Assembly: GCA_034439715.1 (NCBI GenBank) | Contig: JAWXAY010000089.1 | Span: 1-16,316, forward strand | Reading direction: 5' to 3' | Length of the DNA stretch: 16,316 nt | From: Pseudomonadota bacterium | Lineage (GTDB): Bacteria; Bdellovibrionota; Bdellovibrionia; Bdellovibrionales; SG-bin7 | Shown here: positions 14,880 to 16,316 of the stretch, one piece after another | Numbering within the stretch: the first letter of the stretch is position 1 | Layout of the letters: every line of letters starts with the position of its first letter | Notes under the pieces: generated by a model | Seen by the model: the letters and a program-made list of their open reading frames with translations, nothing else | The model's database searches: none | What the model was told of the DNA's origin: nothing | Position numbers and translations under genes: made by a program

Positions 14880-16052
14880 TTAAAAATTAACTTCCACTGG
14901 TACTAAAGAATTTATATTTGAATTAATGCCGAGCTGGCCAGTGCTGTTATTTCCCCAACATATTATATTTGATGTACTGCCAATAGCGCAGCTATGATTT
15001 TCTCCTAATGCAAGAGCGCTAACAGCCGCTAAATTATTAATTTCAACTGCAACTGATACAATTAGCGCAGTGGAACCATTTCCTAGTTGGCCAAAACTAC
15101 CATTTCCCCAGCATTTAACCGTATTGGATTGAGTGACAGCACATGAGTGTTGTCCTCCGGCCGCCAAACTTTTCACAGCAGCGACATTAGAAACATTTAC
15201 CGGGAACCCAGAGTTTTGAGTTGTACCATTACCCAACTGGCCGAAAAGATTTCGGCCCCAGCAATTAACTGTATCTGCAAAAGTGATGGCACAAGAATGG
15301 TTCCCACCAATTGCGATCGCTTTCACAACCCCTAGATTTCTGACCTCGAGGGGGACCGTGGAGTATGTTCCAATTGTTTGATTTCCGAGTTGAGAGAACT
15401 CATTATAACCCCAGCATTTGACAGTATCTGAATTTGTTATGGCACATGTGTGAGATCCGCCAACATCAATAGCTTTGATTCCCGACAAAGTCACAACTTC
15501 TACGGGCACCTGTGCGGGGCTTACGTTGCTAGAGCCTAATTCGCCTAACTGATTGCTGCCCCAACATTTGATGGTATTAAGATTTGTAAGGGCACATGTG
15601 TGGTTGTTATAAGAAGAGATTTCTTTGATGCCAGTTAAACCGAAAACGTCAACCGGAACTAGTGAGCTCACATTTGTATTGTTACCTAACTGAGATGTTG
15701 CGTTGTTTCCCCAACATTTAACAGTGTCGTCACCGATAATAGCACAAGAGTGACGTGTACCTAGAGCAATTGCCTTTACCTCATTTAAGCCTCTCACCAT
15801 CCTAGGAACTAATGAGTCATTTGTCGTACCATCTCCGAGTTGACCATTGTCGTTAAAACCCCAACACATGACGGTATCGTCTTTTGTAATTACGCATGAA
15901 TGAGCTCGTCCTGAAACCAGTTTTTTAAAGTTGCCCATTTGACTGGGGTCTGAACTAAGATTTAAATTTTGAAGGACCAATCTATTTTCAGTACAGTTCT
16001 GAAAAGTCACAGCAGTTAGTAAAACAACTGTCGCCGTTACGAAAAATCTCAT
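14880..16052 (-). CDS. RCC1/BLIP-II repeat beta-propeller lipoprotein
   Basis: Seven repeats of H(S/T)C...(V/I)xCWGxN..(G/S)(Q/E)LG. Lipoprotein signal MRFFVTATVVLLTAVTFQNC. G-rich RBS before ATG 16052. Confidence 0.92.
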   Translation of the reverse strand: MRFFVTATVVLLTAVTFQNCTENRLVLQNLNLSSDPSQMGNFKKLVSGRAHSCVITKDDTVMCWGFNDNGQLGDGTTNDSLVPRMVRGLNEVKAIALGTRHSCAIIGDDTVKCWGNNATSQLGNNTNVSSLVPVDVFGLTGIKEISSYNNHTCALTNLNTIKCWGSNQLGELGSSNVSPAQVPVEVVTLSGIKAIDVGGSHTCAITNSDTVKCWGYNEFSQLGNQTIGTYSTVPLEVRNLGVVKAIAIGGNHSCAITFADTVNCWGRNLFGQLGNGTTQNSGFPVNVSNVAAVKSLAAGGQHSCAVTQSNTVKCWGNGSFGQLGNGSTALIVSVAVEINNLAAVSALALGENHSCAIGSTSNIICWGNNSTGQLGINSNINSLVPVEVNF

Positions 16053-16316
16053 GTGGCCCCCAGTTATATTGTTTCTCAAAATGTAACAACTTAAACAATG
16101 TTGACTACTTATTACCTGCAATATTGAGTGCCTCCCTAGGTGTACCTTACATCAGTAGACTGTTAACTAAGTTACAACTGTAAATAGTATGGTGAGTTTC
16201 GGGTCTCTTTCCTAGGTGTGTAACTCTCCAGCGATTCTGTCCGCCTTTAATTCTTCAGGGATTTTGTCCTCTTTATGTTTCTTTTTGGTACGCTTTCCCA
16301 CGGATTAGCGCATCAG

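Noticed and set aside
586..15335. Short alternative-frame or antisense ORFs in the track (586, 1085, 2332, 2801, 3580, 3875, 5831, 5851, 9029, 9431, 9892, 10545, 10783, 11262, 13462, 13508, 13725, 15147)
   Set aside because: They are shadows of better-supported genes and show no RBS, signal or motif evidence.
16117..16133. Minus-strand AGGCACTCAATATTGCA, sigma-54-like, upstream of the RCC1 gene
   Set aside because: The GG-GC spacing is 11 nt rather than the strict 10 nt.
16135..16316. CCTAGGTGT repeated at 16135 and 16211, and short minus-strand frames at the right edge
   Set aside because: Two 9-bp copies do not make a CRISPR or iteron array, and the coding frame at the edge is ambiguous.

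Overview
AT-rich bacterial window, probably from Bdellovibrionota. This is inferred from an FQNC-type lipoprotein signal, a TIGR02147 protein, an RCC1-repeat lipoprotein and many orphan exported proteins. The left part (1-10.8 kb) looks accessory. It holds a truncated FAD-oxidoreductase-like remnant, an ORF6N DNA-binding protein, an exported protein with a C-terminal JAB/MPN-like metalloenzyme motif, and two similarly built cassettes in which a regulator (TPR-wHTH-HTH or TIGR02147) is flanked by exported-protein genes. It also holds two unannotated signal-peptide mini-ORFs and two candidate sigma-54 promoters. The right part (10.8-16.3 kb) carries a bufferin-type MNIO RiPP cluster: a 6-Cys BufA2-like precursor, a DUF692 enzyme and a DUF2063 partner. 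A co-directional HtrA/DegP protease follows, and its catalytic Asp appears to be replaced by Glu. A 7-repeat RCC1 lipoprotein lies convergent to it. I saw no rRNA, tRNA, CRISPR array or transposase. All family calls come from motifs recognised by eye; no database searches were run.
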